Shown here: piece by piece, positions 8,616-18,104 of the stretch
Layout: every line of letters begins with the position of its first letter
How positions within the stretch are numbered: the first letter of the stretch is position 1
Origin: Patescibacteria group bacterium
GTDB taxonomy: Bacteria > Patescibacteriota > UBA1384 > XYA2-FULL-43-10 > 1-14-0-10-43-13
DNA: 64,000 nucleotides
NCBI GenBank assembly: GCA_041666325.1
Contig: JBAYHC010000001.1
Span: 265,708 to 329,707, forward strand
Reading direction: 5' to 3'
The notes under the pieces: model-generated
Database searches by the model: none
The model's input: the letters and a program-made list of their open reading frames with translations, nothing else
Told to the model about the DNA's origin: nothing
Made by a program: the position numbers and the translations under genes

Positions 8616-9098
8616 CTACGGCTTCTCAACTACAATACTGAGCTTTGTTTCCTCGCCAAACCAAGTTACACCCTCTTTAACCATTTGTAAGTTCAGGTCG
8701 TATTGCCCCGGTTTAGATGGGGACAGAAGATCAAATGTTATTTCCCAGCTTTTCCCGCTGCAAATTGGGCACTCCGGCACAACAAGTCGATTCTTGCCAC
8801 CAATGAAGCAAAAGTCTGATAACTCGCGACTAAGAAGGAACCGATCAAATACACCCAGAGCCACATAGTGTTCTTCCTTGCGCCAATCATCACTACCCAT
8901 GTTCTTGACGATAATCTTGCATCTAAATGGCTTCCCAGCTTCAACTATTGTCGGCACCGTCAGGCTGATTACGCTGGCCCTAAGGTTTCCCTCCGCTTCA
9001 ACCTTACGATAATGAAGCAAGTGAAACAGATCGGGGCCAGCATACGCTACAATCGGAGCAACAACAGCCAGAAGCAACACAAGAACAACTCTTCTCAT
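8616..9098 (-). CDS. Secreted hypothetical protein (signal peptide MRRVVLVLLLAVVAPIVAYA; possible Ig-like beta-sandwich)
   Basis: Start trimmed to ATG 9098 preceded by GGGAGGAGGA; N-terminal extension in ORF track lacks RBS. Confidence 0.55.
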   Translation of the reverse strand: MRRVVLVLLLAVVAPIVAYAGPDLFHLLHYRKVEAEGNLRASVISLTVPTIVEAGKPFRCKIIVKNMGSDDWRKEEHYVALGVFDRFLLSRELSDFCFIGGKNRLVVPECPICSGKSWEITFDLLSPSKPGQYDLNLQMVKEGVTWFGEETKLSIVVEKP

Positions 9099-9132
9099 CG
9101 GGCATTCCTCCTCCCATCTATGAGATTGATTG

Positions 9133-9160
9133 ATTATATCATCATTAGCTAATTTGACAA
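9133..9160. promoter_or_regulatory. Face-to-face divergent promoters sharing the -35 region: minus TTGTCA-16-TATAAT (for 8616..9098) and plus TTGACA-17-TAACAT (for 9334..)
   Basis: Hexamers read directly from sequence; spacing 16/17. Confidence 0.35.
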
Positions 9161-9333
9161 TCACAGGGCCAATGTCTAACATGGTAAGGTACCGGTAGTA
9201 CGTCCTTTGTTGCGGCAAGGGGTTTCCGGAACAACAAAGAAGCAGCTTCTTGGAGACGAGATAGCAGACCAGAGGGAAAACAAGACAAACGTGTTTTTCC
9301 AATTCAAGCAGTATAAGCAGGGCTTGTTGCACC

Positions 9334-11085
9334 ATGTATCAACGCCACATTGCCTTATATTTTGCGACAAAGGGGGAAGCGGAAAAGAGCGCGCAAAAGC
9401 GACTGGCATTATTCTCAATATGTTGTTTTTGTGCGCTTTATTTCATTTTGGCACAGAGTGCTCATGCCGCAAATAACTCCGTGGTTATAAACGAAGCCTA
9501 TTATAATGTGGATCCAATGTACGGACTAGACCCGAATGACGAATGGATCGAACTATATAATCCATCCGATAACCCCATCGACCTGATCAATTGGAAAATT
9601 TCCGACAATACAACAACTAGAGCAATAATCACACAAACAGCATTATTGCTGCCCAAATCTTTTGCACTAGTTTCCAGAAGCAAAACAACTTGGTCGAAGT
9701 GGGGTATTAAAGCAGACGAAGTCAACTCTGCCCTAGTTCCAATAGAGCTGGGATCAAACATCGGCAATGGACTCGGCAACAATGGCGACAAGCTAGTGCT
9801 TTCTGACAGTAATGGGATGATTATTGATCAAGTGAGCTGGGGCAACAACAAGACGGTTTTTGATATTAAATCTGTGGCCAAAGGTCACTCGATAGAGCGC
9901 AAACATCTTGGAAGTGATTCTGATAACGGCGAAGATTTTATTGATCGGATACTACCTACGCCGGGGACACAGTATGTCCCCCCAACCTTCCCTGATGGCA
10001 TAAGCATCACCGAGATCCTGCCGGAACCAGCTAACGGAAGCGACAACGAGTTCATTGAAATATTTAACGAAAGCACGTCTAGTGTCGACTTGTCGAATTG
10101 GATTATTCAAGACAGAAGCAACACATCATTCTCTTTTCCGGTAGGAACAGCTCTTAATTCAGGCGCATATCATGCCCTCTACAAAACCCAGACCAAGCTG
10201 TCCCTAAACGACAACGGTGACGGAATCCGCTTGCTTGATCCGAATGGCCAACAAAAAAGTTCTGTCTCCTACGAAAAATCGACGAAAGGAAAAAGCTATT
10301 CATTGGTCGATGACTCATGGCAATGGAGCGATACTCCCACACCCGGAAACAAAAATATACTCGCCCAAGTTCAGACAACATACCAAGCTAGTAATAATGA
10401 ATCGGATCTTCCTCTCAGCATAGCTAATGCCAAGCTGCTCGATGACGACCAGAACATAAAGGTTAGCGGCAGTATAACAGCTCCGCCAGGAACACTTTCT
10501 GATCAAAGCAGCTATATCCAAGACTGGTCGGGAGGAATTCAACTCTATTCCTACTATCGAGATTTCCCCGAGCTTAAATATGGAGATTTTATTACAGTCG
10601 ATGGCATACTCTCTACTGCCTTCAATGAACGGCGCCTGAAGATTCAATCAATTCAAAAGTTCGAAAATAGGCCAACCCTCAAACCACACGAAGTGGCACC
10701 AGACAGAATAGGCGAAGAAACGGAGGGAGAGTATATCACGCTCTCGGGCAAGATCACGGCCCGCGCCGGAGACAGCTATCTCATTAACGGCATCCCGGTT
10801 CTCTTTCGTGAAGGAACACGAGCTAGTGGTTTCCGCCCCAAATCAGATGATATAATTCTTGTGAGCGGGATTGTATCTCAATACAAGGACAAATTCAGAC
10901 TCTTGCCATTTAGAGAGGATGATGTTAAAATTTTAGATTCCGAGACACCGTCACCCGGCAACGAAACGCTTCCTTCAACAGGCACCAGTGCGCTGATTCC
11001 CCTTCAGCTATCATTTATAATATTTGCCGCATGGAATACATTAGCCACAACGAAAAAGAAACTTACGCACTGGCGGATAAAATAG
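9334..11085 (+). CDS. Cell-wall-anchored surface protein: signal peptide, two lamin-tail domains (LTD), OB/beta-rich region, C-terminal LPSTG sortase sorting signal
   Basis: VVINEAYYNV...DEWIELYNPSDNPIDLINWKISD and ISITEILPEPANGSDNEFIEIFNESTSSVDLSNWIIQD are LTD signatures; tail LPSTG + hydrophobic stretch + KKKLTHWRIK. Confidence 0.75.
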   Translation: MYQRHIALYFATKGEAEKSAQKRLALFSICCFCALYFILAQSAHAANNSVVINEAYYNVDPMYGLDPNDEWIELYNPSDNPIDLINWKISDNTTTRAIITQTALLLPKSFALVSRSKTTWSKWGIKADEVNSALVPIELGSNIGNGLGNNGDKLVLSDSNGMIIDQVSWGNNKTVFDIKSVAKGHSIERKHLGSDSDNGEDFIDRILPTPGTQYVPPTFPDGISITEILPEPANGSDNEFIEIFNESTSSVDLSNWIIQDRSNTSFSFPVGTALNSGAYHALYKTQTKLSLNDNGDGIRLLDPNGQQKSSVSYEKSTKGKSYSLVDDSWQWSDTPTPGNKNILAQVQTTYQASNNESDLPLSIANAKLLDDDQNIKVSGSITAPPGTLSDQSSYIQDWSGGIQLYSYYRDFPELKYGDFITVDGILSTAFNERRLKIQSIQKFENRPTLKPHEVAPDRIGEETEGEYITLSGKITARAGDSYLINGIPVLFREGTRASGFRPKSDDIILVSGIVSQYKDKFRLLPFREDDVKILDSETPSPGNETLPSTGTSALIPLQLSFIIFAAWNTLATTKKKLTHWRIK

Positions 11086-11474
11086 CCAAAGCATCTCACG
11101 CCGGAGATATTTTTGCCTTATCCGGTGATCTCGGCAGTGGCAAAACTACATTTGTCAAAGCCTTCGCCAAATCAATGAATGTTGGCCAACCAATCACCAG
11201 TCCAACCTTCGTCCTGATCAAGACATACAAGATAGCTGAAGAGCGAATTGAAGCAAACGTTCTGGTGCATGTCGATGCGTATCGACTCCAAGGAGAATCT
11301 GATGTCGAAGCCATCGGTCTCCATGAATTTATGCAAAGAAAAGATACAATCGTACTCATCGAGTGGCCTGAGAGAGTCGAAGGCTCTCTGCCAGACAAAA
11401 CTAAGCATATTTCCTTTGAATATATCGACGAAAACACGAGAAAAATTACCACCGACCCGGAGAACAACCTATGA
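11031..11474 (+). CDS. tsaE: tRNA threonylcarbamoyladenosine biosynthesis ATPase TsaE
   Basis: GDLGSGKTTFVKAFAKSM Walker A at residues 32-44 and YRL/IEWPE motifs; overlaps upstream gene end by ~55 nt. Confidence 0.8.
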   Translation: MEYISHNEKETYALADKIAKASHAGDIFALSGDLGSGKTTFVKAFAKSMNVGQPITSPTFVLIKTYKIAEERIEANVLVHVDAYRLQGESDVEAIGLHEFMQRKDTIVLIEWPERVEGSLPDKTKHISFEYIDENTRKITTDPENNL

Positions 11475-11860
11475 TTTTATTTATCGACACTTCAAACTCA
11501 GAGCTAACCACCCTAAAACTATTCGGCACAGCCTCGAATCTCATTTCGGAAACAACCTGGCAAAGTCGTTATAATCAGTCAGAGGAACTAGTGCAAGAGA
11601 TCGATCAATTTTTAGAAAAAAACAAGTTATCCGCAAAAGATCTCACATCTATTCGTGTTCATCCTGGACCAGGCTCATTCACCGGCGTCCGGATCGGTGT
11701 TACCACAGCGAACTTCTTAGCACTCGGACTAAACATACCGGTCGAAGGGCAGGCTAACGGCAACAGTACTGACAGTAACAAACAGGCAACAGACAACTTT
11801 GACGAGCCGGTTATTCCGATCTATGATCGACCGCCACACATCACTCAACCAAAAAAGTAG
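11471..11860 (+). CDS. tsaB: TsaB (YeaZ) N-terminal-domain protein, short form
   Basis: MILFIDTSN...IRVHPGPGSFTGVRIGVTTANFLALGLNIPV; ATGA overlap with tsaE. Confidence 0.75.
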   Translation: MILFIDTSNSELTTLKLFGTASNLISETTWQSRYNQSEELVQEIDQFLEKNKLSAKDLTSIRVHPGPGSFTGVRIGVTTANFLALGLNIPVEGQANGNSTDSNKQATDNFDEPVIPIYDRPPHITQPKK

Positions 11861-11868
11861 TATTCTTG

Positions 11869-11898
11869 TGGACGATTGTTTGTTGGTTCTGTTATAAT
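11869..11898 (+). promoter_or_regulatory. Putative sigma70 promoter TGGACG-18-TATAAT upstream of LCP gene
   Basis: Perfect TATAAT at 11893..11898. Confidence 0.4.
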
Positions 11899-11979
11899 AC
11901 TTTTGTTGTAATTATTAGTGACAATTCTTAACCAGCGTAATCTACGATAGAAAACGATCAAACAAAACAAAATCAAGAG

Positions 11980-13365
11980 ATGGTCTCCAGTAAGAAAAAA
12001 GCACAAAACACAAAGGCGGCAACACACTCTAAGCGCGGTCGAAAGATTGTTTTTTTTGTGCTCGCTCTTTTTTTTATGCTTGTCATTTCCTTTTTTGCTT
12101 ATATTTACGCCCAAGGCACAAAAATATTTGAAGATGGCTTTGGTGCAAAGACTTCAATTTTCAGAAATATACGGGATAGCATCAAAAACGATGTTCCGCT
12201 CAAGGGTGAAAAAGACGAAAGAATCAACATCCTTTTCATGGGAATAGGTGGTGCCGACCATCCAGGCGGACAGCTTACCGATTCGATCATGATTGCCAGC
12301 TTCAAGCCTGAAGACAATTCGATGGCGCTGCTCTCTGTTCCCCGCGACCTCTACGTTCCTGTAGCAGACCACAAAATAAAGACCAAAATCAACGAAGTTG
12401 TTGCTCTGGGCGAGAGAGAAAAGCGTGGCAGTGGGCTAGCGCTGATGAACGACACCATTGAAGATATTTTTGATATCCCTGTCCACTACTACGTTACCGT
12501 TGATTTTGAGGCTTTTGAGAAAATCGTGGATGAAGTTGGCGGTATCGACGTAGCTGTCGACAAGACAATATATGACCCTTACTACCCTGACAAAGCCATG
12601 AAGGGATACGAACCGTTCTACGTCAAAGCCGGACAGCACCATATGAATGGGGAGATCGCGCTAAAATATGCCCGCTCCAGGCAAACCTCGTCTGACTTTG
12701 ATCGTGCCGAACGTCAACAAAAAATTATTATGGCGATAAAGGACAAAATATTAAGTCTGGGATTTATTGCCAACCCTAAGAAATCTCTGGACATGGCTAC
12801 AATCTTGGGCGACCACGTACGCACAAACATTCAGCCAAATGAACTCAGACGATTTGCTGAGATAATGCAAAAAGTCGATAGCAGCAAAGTGGCCAACCAG
12901 GTACTAACCAATGGCAGCGATGGCCCGCTCGTCTCAGACTCCAGCTCAGGAACATACTACCTAATGCCCAGAAACGATGATTACAGTAGTCTGGCCGAGA
13001 TAGCAAAAAACATATTCGACGATAATAGTTCTTCCAGCGAAAAGGCCACACTTGAAGTATTAAATGGTTCCAGTGTCTCCGGGCAAGCCATCAAACTTGC
13101 AGATACCTTCAAGGATCTCGGATATAAGGTTGTTAATATTGCTAACGCCGAAGAGATATACAAGCAAACAGTCATTCATGACTATACAAAAGGGGCTAAA
13201 TCAAGCACACTAGAGTTCCTCAAAAAGAGGCTAGACGCACCAATCATCGATAAAACAGGCACAAGTGCAAGCGGTGCCGAAATAGTGATCATCATCGGAC
13301 AAGACTACCTAGACGCATCATCAACCGGAACAAGTGCAACAGGCAATTCAGCACAACGAAAATAG
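11980..13365 (+). CDS. LCP family (LytR-CpsA-Psr) cell envelope polymer transferase with C-terminal LytR_C domain
   Basis: N-terminal TM, ILFMGIGGADHPGGQLTDSIMIASF...LLSVPRDLYV, KYARSRQTSSDFDRAERQQKII motifs. Confidence 0.8.
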   Translation: MVSSKKKAQNTKAATHSKRGRKIVFFVLALFFMLVISFFAYIYAQGTKIFEDGFGAKTSIFRNIRDSIKNDVPLKGEKDERINILFMGIGGADHPGGQLTDSIMIASFKPEDNSMALLSVPRDLYVPVADHKIKTKINEVVALGEREKRGSGLALMNDTIEDIFDIPVHYYVTVDFEAFEKIVDEVGGIDVAVDKTIYDPYYPDKAMKGYEPFYVKAGQHHMNGEIALKYARSRQTSSDFDRAERQQKIIMAIKDKILSLGFIANPKKSLDMATILGDHVRTNIQPNELRRFAEIMQKVDSSKVANQVLTNGSDGPLVSDSSSGTYYLMPRNDDYSSLAEIAKNIFDDNSSSSEKATLEVLNGSSVSGQAIKLADTFKDLGYKVVNIANAEEIYKQTVIHDYTKGAKSSTLEFLKKRLDAPIIDKTGTSASGAEIVIIIGQDYLDASSTGTSATGNSAQRK

Positions 13366-13405
13366 ACCAACAAAGAACATCCAATCATAATATTCTGTTA
13401 CCAAA

Positions 13406-13969
13406 ATGGCCTTCTTGTATCATAAATTAACGCGCAGATTGCTACTCAGCTTGATTTTGGTATGGAGTGTGGCATCATTTCTGGTACTTAATCCATTGTG
13501 GGTTGCACGTATTAGCATTCTGGCACTCGGTGCGCTCGGACTTGCCTTGACGTGGGCAGAGATTGCGCCTCTTTTTCTGCTTATTTTTCTTGCGTTCTCC
13601 ACTTCGTACGCTTTCTATGGATTCTTCTTCCAATACAACCTTCCAACATGGCTGATCATGATCTCAATACTTGTCATCTTTGGCTATATTTTTACCTACA
13701 CAGAACAAAAAACCGGAATACTTGGCAACAAGAGACTGATTTATCTGATCTTGTTTTCCTTGGTCGTGCTCGAAGTGTTCCTCGTTTTGAGTTACTTTAT
13801 GATAAACCCCTTGAGTCAGAGCCTGATAATAGCTGCAACTGCCTATCTTTTTGCTGGATTCTGTTTCTCAATATTGGCAAAAAGAGATGACACCAGTCTA
13901 AAAACATATCTGTGGGTTGCAATCTCTGCCATCTCTGCGATACTCTTAACGTCATCGTGGAGCTATTAG
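13406..13969 (+). CDS. Integral membrane protein, ~6 TM, unknown function
   Basis: Hydrophobicity pattern only. Confidence 0.5.
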   Translation: MAFLYHKLTRRLLLSLILVWSVASFLVLNPLWVARISILALGALGLALTWAEIAPLFLLIFLAFSTSYAFYGFFFQYNLPTWLIMISILVIFGYIFTYTEQKTGILGNKRLIYLILFSLVVLEVFLVLSYFMINPLSQSLIIAATAYLFAGFCFSILAKRDDTSLKTYLWVAISAISAILLTSSWSY

Positions 13970-14113
13970 GCCAACTAGATGGATGTTATATGACCAGCAC
14001 CTAGCACGGAACAGACACCTCGAGCGATAAAGCCCGGCTTATAACCATATATTAACCAAGAAGATTTGACCTGAGTACAAGGAACAACTATTGGCTCGCA
14101 GTGAAGCCATGAC

Positions 14114-14143
14114 TTGCCCCAATCACATCAAATCCTCTATAAT
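14114..14143 (+). promoter_or_regulatory. Putative promoter TTGCCC-18-TATAAT for PpiC gene
   Basis: TATAAT 14138..14143, ATG at 14159 with AAAGGAAA RBS. Confidence 0.35.
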
Positions 14144-14158
14144 GGCAAAAAGGAAATT

Positions 14159-15148
14159 ATGAAGAAAATTAAACATCTCGGGAAAAAAGCCAGAAATATC
14201 GCGACTAAACTTGCTCAACGCTTTAGCGCCGTTGCGCCGAAACTGAAGGGGCTTCGTGACAAAAAAGTGTTCCGCGCTCTCATCGCCTCACTACCAGTCT
14301 TGGCCATTATAATTGCCCTGACACAAGTAGTTTTTGCTGTCATGATCTACGGCTTCAAGAAAGAAGACAAGGTTACCAGAGCAGTGGCAGCAGTCATCCC
14401 CTACCCTATAGCCATAGTCAATACACAAACCGTCTCGTACAAAGAGTATCTGAACGAGAAGGATTACATTCGCCATTTCTACAGCACCACCAAACAGGAA
14501 GACGTCAATTTATCAGAGATCGATAAACAAATTCTAGATCAGCTGGTCGAAAATAAGATTATTAATTCTCAAGCGGGACGATATGATGTAAAGGTCACCG
14601 AAGAGGACATCGACAACGCATTGAATTCAATAATTGATCAAAACGGCGGAAAACAAAATGTCGAGAAAGTTCTAAACGATCTCTATGGCATCGACCTGAA
14701 CACCTTCAAGCGACTGATTCGCCACCAGCTCCTACGCGACAAGATCAACAGCGAACTAATAACCCATGTCACCGCTCGCCATATCCTTGTTCGCGTTGAC
14801 AAGGATGCCCCGGAGGACAAGGTCAACGAAGCCAAGACCAAAATTGATGGTTATCTCAACGAAATTAAAAATGGCGCCGATTTTGCCGAAACAGCAAAGA
14901 AGAATTCTGAGGATATTGGAAGCAATGAGCAGGGAGGCGAGTTAGAACCATTCGCTCGAGGCGAGATGGTTGAAGAGTTCTCCAACGCTGCGTTCTCTAT
15001 GGCGGTGGGTGAAATTTCATCTCCCATTAGGACTGAGTTCGGTTGGCACATCATTAAAGTTGAGGCAAAAGAAGGCAAAATTGATAAAAAGTTCACTGAT
15101 TGGATCGACGAAGCCAAAAACAAATCAGTAATCAAAAAGCTTATTTAG
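14159..15148 (+). CDS. Membrane-anchored PpiC-type (parvulin) peptidyl-prolyl isomerase, PrsA/SurA-like
   Basis: HILVRV...GADFAETAKKNSEDIGS..GGELEPFARGEMVEEFSNAAFSMAVGEIS.PIRTEFGWHIIKVE rotamase domain; start moved to MKKIKHL. Confidence 0.8.
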   Translation: MKKIKHLGKKARNIATKLAQRFSAVAPKLKGLRDKKVFRALIASLPVLAIIIALTQVVFAVMIYGFKKEDKVTRAVAAVIPYPIAIVNTQTVSYKEYLNEKDYIRHFYSTTKQEDVNLSEIDKQILDQLVENKIINSQAGRYDVKVTEEDIDNALNSIIDQNGGKQNVEKVLNDLYGIDLNTFKRLIRHQLLRDKINSELITHVTARHILVRVDKDAPEDKVNEAKTKIDGYLNEIKNGADFAETAKKNSEDIGSNEQGGELEPFARGEMVEEFSNAAFSMAVGEISSPIRTEFGWHIIKVEAKEGKIDKKFTDWIDEAKNKSVIKKLI

Positions 15149-15278
15149 ATGCCAACCAAACGAATTATTATCTTAGTGATAGCTATATTGGCTATAACCG
15201 TAGCACTGTTTGGTGTATCTGACATTTTTTCATCTTTGCACCCACAACCAATACGCCAAAGTAAGGAGATTAGATAAA

Positions 15279-16256
15279 ATGGACTATCAAGCGATACTGA
15301 CAAGGGCCTTCAATATCATTAAGAGACATCGCTTCCTGTGGCTACTTGGCCTGTTTACCGGCGGTGCAGTGCCTAATTGGCAATTTGGCAACACTAACTA
15401 TACCCCCACCGAATCTGATCTTGAGAAGCTAAGGAACTGGCAAGAGAACATTCCCATCAAACTACCCTCAACCGACTTGGTTCGAGCTGATGGCGCTGAA
15501 AGTCTGGGAAAAGTACTTGGTGATTCAGCTCAGTCCATAGTCGGTACGGACTTTTTTTGGCCGATCTTAGTTACTCTGCTCATAATATCAGGGATCGCAA
15601 TCTACCTCTCGACTACCGCCCGAAGCGCAATAATTAGGTCTGTATACCTTATCGACAAGGGCAAGGCGATTACGCTCGGTGAGTCTTGGCGCATAGGGCA
15701 CAAATACTTTTGGCGTCAACTTAGCCTTTCTGTCATTGTTTCCGCGCTGATCGTATTGCCGCTGCTCCTCATGGTAACACCGATCGTGCTGCTCGCTATC
15801 TTTGTTCCCAGTAACTACGCTCTGATACCGTCAGTTATCCTGTTTGCCATCATCATGATTGGCTTCATGATTTATGTGAGCCTAGTAACACCCTACGCCC
15901 AAAGAATGCTTATAATAGAAAACAAACGACCGCTTGAATCCATAATTGCTAGTATTAAGTTCTTTAATCAGTCATGGTTGCAATTTGTCGGACTCTATTT
16001 CATCTTGATGGCACTCAACATTGCCGCCGGCATTGTCTTTGTCCTGGCTCTCCTCGTTGCCATTGCGATACTTTTCGCTATTGGTGCAGCCATCAACACA
16101 ATGAGCTCAATTGCATTAGCAGTTTACGCATCAATTGCAGTTGTCGCGGTTATCGTCACCCTGTTGGTTTATGGCGGAATTATAAGTGCATTCTCCTCCA
16201 CCAGCACAACCCTCGCCTTTCTCGATCGTAAAAAAAGCACCAAAACCGCCTCTTAA
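15279..16256 (+). CDS. Polytopic membrane protein, unknown function
   Basis: Start moved to MDYQAILT (AAGGAGA RBS); multiple TM helices. Confidence 0.55.
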   Translation: MDYQAILTRAFNIIKRHRFLWLLGLFTGGAVPNWQFGNTNYTPTESDLEKLRNWQENIPIKLPSTDLVRADGAESLGKVLGDSAQSIVGTDFFWPILVTLLIISGIAIYLSTTARSAIIRSVYLIDKGKAITLGESWRIGHKYFWRQLSLSVIVSALIVLPLLLMVTPIVLLAIFVPSNYALIPSVILFAIIMIGFMIYVSLVTPYAQRMLIIENKRPLESIIASIKFFNQSWLQFVGLYFILMALNIAAGIVFVLALLVAIAILFAIGAAINTMSSIALAVYASIAVVAVIVTLLVYGGIISAFSSTSTTLAFLDRKKSTKTAS

Positions 16257-16277
16257 CACCGAAACATTGACCTTATA

Positions 16278-16306
16278 TGCCACCATTGACAATACGATGG
16301 TTTTGT
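16278..16306 (+). promoter_or_regulatory. Consensus-like promoter TTGACA-17-TATAGT
   Basis: Read directly; precedes GC-rich small ORF. Confidence 0.55.
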
Positions 16307-16358
16307 TTTATAGTAGCGACAATATCCCAGTCGTTTGCCCAAGAACGGAGGTGCGGTG

Positions 16359-16586
16359 ATGGGATGGATAGGAGCGCTCTGGACCATGATCTTCGGCCAG
16401 AACACGCCCGAACAGGCATTGCCTGCGGCAACGCGGCAGCCCACAACACAAAATCCTCGCGATGTCGGCTACACGGCCGACGGCGACACATTCAGTGTCC
16501 CTGAGATAAGCGCAGTCGAGCTGACAGAGCGACGAGCTGCGATTATCCTACTATCCGACGCAGAGATGTGCGAGGGTGTCGGATAG
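16359..16586 (+). CDS. Hypothetical 75-aa protein in GC-rich islet
   Basis: GGAGGTG RBS 5 nt before ATG 16359; local GC ~58% versus ~42% background. Confidence 0.4.
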   Translation: MGWIGALWTMIFGQNTPEQALPAATRQPTTQNPRDVGYTADGDTFSVPEISAVELTERRAAIILLSDAEMCEGVG

Positions 16587-16661
16587 GCCCCACACGGCCA
16601 GGACTGGACCTAGTCTACCAAGACGAAATCCACCTGGCCTGATTTTTATCCCGGATCAAGG

Positions 16662-16690
16662 TTGAATTTTATACTCAATAATGCTAGAAT
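16662..16690 (+). promoter_or_regulatory. Promoter TTGAAT-17-TAGAAT for tRNA-Asp
   Basis: Read directly. Confidence 0.5.
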
Positions 16691-16732
16691 TATTTGTGTT
16701 AATATTCCAGAAGTGAAAGACCAGTCAATTGC

Positions 16733-16809
16733 GGGGGCGTAGCTCAGTTGGTTAGAGCGCCTCCCTGTCACGGAGGAGGTCGCCGGTTCGAGCCCGGTCG
16801 CTCCCGCCA
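16733..16809 (+). tRNA. tRNA-Asp (anticodon GTC)
   Basis: GGGGGCG acceptor, anticodon stem CCTCC/GGAGG loop CTGTCAC, T arm GCCGG-TTCGAGC-CCGGT. Confidence 0.85.
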
Positions 16810-16832
16810 GTTGACTGATTTTCAGCAGAGAG

Positions 16833-16859
16833 AATGAAGCTTCCAAGCTTCATTTTTTG
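16833..16859 (+). terminator. Rho-independent terminator AATGAAG-cttccaag-CTTCATT + TTTTTG
   Basis: Read directly after tRNA-Asp. Confidence 0.6.
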
Positions 16860-16912
16860 TTTGCAAAGAAAATAAATCGCTGGTTGAACTAATTACAATT
16901 TTAGGCGCTATC

Positions 16913-16941
16913 TTGACTTTTCATCTGTTGTGTGCTATAAT
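16913..16941 (+). promoter_or_regulatory. Consensus promoter TTGACT-17-TATAAT
   Basis: Perfect -10; shows the annotated ORF start at 16913 is upstream of the TSS. Confidence 0.55.
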
Positions 16942-16996
16942 CATGGATGTCTTGTTTGGTGGGAGCGTTCAATCTGCCGACAGAGGGGATATCGCA

Positions 16997-17470
16997 ATGA
17001 GAAACATCGCCAGAACCACTGCCGTCGTACTGATCTTCGCCGCCGGCTTCATCGCCGGCACCTATCACGGTTTCTGCTACGACGACTACACCACGCTCAG
17101 CATACTTGCCGGATCACCGGACAAGATCGAGCATGAGTGGTGGACAAAGGTCCCGCAGGCCTGGTACACGATCGCCACCCTTGCTCTGCTTGCCTTTGCT
17201 GGGCTGATCTACGCTCTGACGCGCAAGCCGAAGGATCAGGAACATACCTGCACGTGCACCGGCGGTGGATGCGGCAAGTCGGCACAGGTTACTTTCTCGA
17301 TGAAAGAAGCCGTCCAGCCAGAGTTCAGGGACGAGCATATCACGAGCATCACGTACGAAATGCTCAACGAATCGACCCGGGCAGCTATCAGGGCGGCCGG
17401 GCACGGAAGCATCGTCGCTCATGGGCACGGGCTGGAAACGCGGAAAACGATCTGCCCGCCGAGCACATAG
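16997..17470 (+). CDS. Hypothetical two-TM membrane protein with Cys/His-rich motifs (HTCTCTGGGCGKS, HGSIVAHGHG), GC-rich
   Basis: Start set at MRNIARTT downstream of promoter; GAGGGG RBS; several overlapping antisense ORFs are GC-driven artefacts. Confidence 0.45.
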   Translation: MRNIARTTAVVLIFAAGFIAGTYHGFCYDDYTTLSILAGSPDKIEHEWWTKVPQAWYTIATLALLAFAGLIYALTRKPKDQEHTCTCTGGGCGKSAQVTFSMKEAVQPEFRDEHITSITYEMLNESTRAAIRAAGHGSIVAHGHGLETRKTICPPST

Positions 17471-17499
17471 GACAGAAACAACCCTTGAGCACCAGCTCA

Positions 17500-17531
17500 C
17501 CGGCGTCCCCCGTGGATGCCGGCTTTTTTTA
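17500..17531 (+). terminator. Terminator CCGGC-loop-GCCGG + 9 T
   Basis: Read directly. Confidence 0.55.
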
Positions 17532-17566
17532 TTTTTTATCAATACTTTACTCTACTAACCCAAGTA

Positions 17567-17740
17567 GTTCTTCGCGAACTTTGCCGTTTGAGATTAATGC
17601 ACTATTTATCTCCGTGTCATAGCGCTGATCCTTGCCAAAGAAATCCATCGCTCTTCCTCCTGCCTCTTCGATAATTACCTTTAGGGCAGCGACGTCATAG
17701 AAAAAGCTTACCCAAACAGAACTTTTGTTGACAGCTCTTT
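17567..17740 (-). pseudogene. C-terminal remnant of an inositol-monophosphatase (IMPase/SuhB) family gene, 5-prime truncated
   Basis: Minus-strand frame reads ...YDVAALKVIIEEAGGRAMDFFGKDQRYDTEINSALISNGKVREELLGLVE*, matching the IMPase C-terminal WDxAAG..ivEEAGG motif; upstream in-frame stop, no N-terminal part. Confidence 0.5.
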
Positions 17741-17798
17741 TTTTATTTGCTACGCTCGAGAGTCACCGATTTGGTTTATTATTGTCGAAGGAGCAACA

Positions 17799-18086
17799 AT
17801 GAATCCAGCATACGGCGGCAGTATGACTGTCACCGAGAGTGCTGGAAACTTTGTTTCCGGAGTTCAATTTAACAATAAGATCGTATCTCTTGGTGATATC
17901 ATCATTTCGGCAGGGAACTCAACGGCGGTTCCCCCGAAAGGCTCCCGGGCAGTAGTCTTTGGGATCGAGCGCGAAAAAAGCGCGCCAGCCAGCTACATCA
18001 TCGTAGCTCGCTGCCGCGACGGAGCGGTTTACCGCTTCGCACTCGACCAAATTGACTTCTCGTCCAGGGCCTGCCACCTTCTTTAG
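17799..18086 (+). CDS. Hypothetical 95-aa protein
   Basis: GAAGGAGCAACA RBS; followed by strong terminator. Confidence 0.5.
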   Translation: MNPAYGGSMTVTESAGNFVSGVQFNNKIVSLGDIIISAGNSTAVPPKGSRAVVFGIEREKSAPASYIIVARCRDGAVYRFALDQIDFSSRACHLL

Positions 18087-18104
18087 CCGTTTTCCCGTAC
18101 CACA

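Noticed and set aside
8616-9335. N-terminal 79-aa extension of the secreted protein ORF (MVQQALLILLELEK...)
   Set aside because: Starts at a non-ATG codon without RBS and would bury the obvious signal peptide; ATG 9098 has a GGGAGGAGGA RBS.
17114-17622. Two long overlapping ORFs (142 and 161 aa) antisense/out-of-frame in the GC-rich islet
   Set aside because: High GC removes stop codons in all frames; chose the frame with a promoter, RBS and TM segments (16997..17470); the others are Arg/Pro/Gly-rich.
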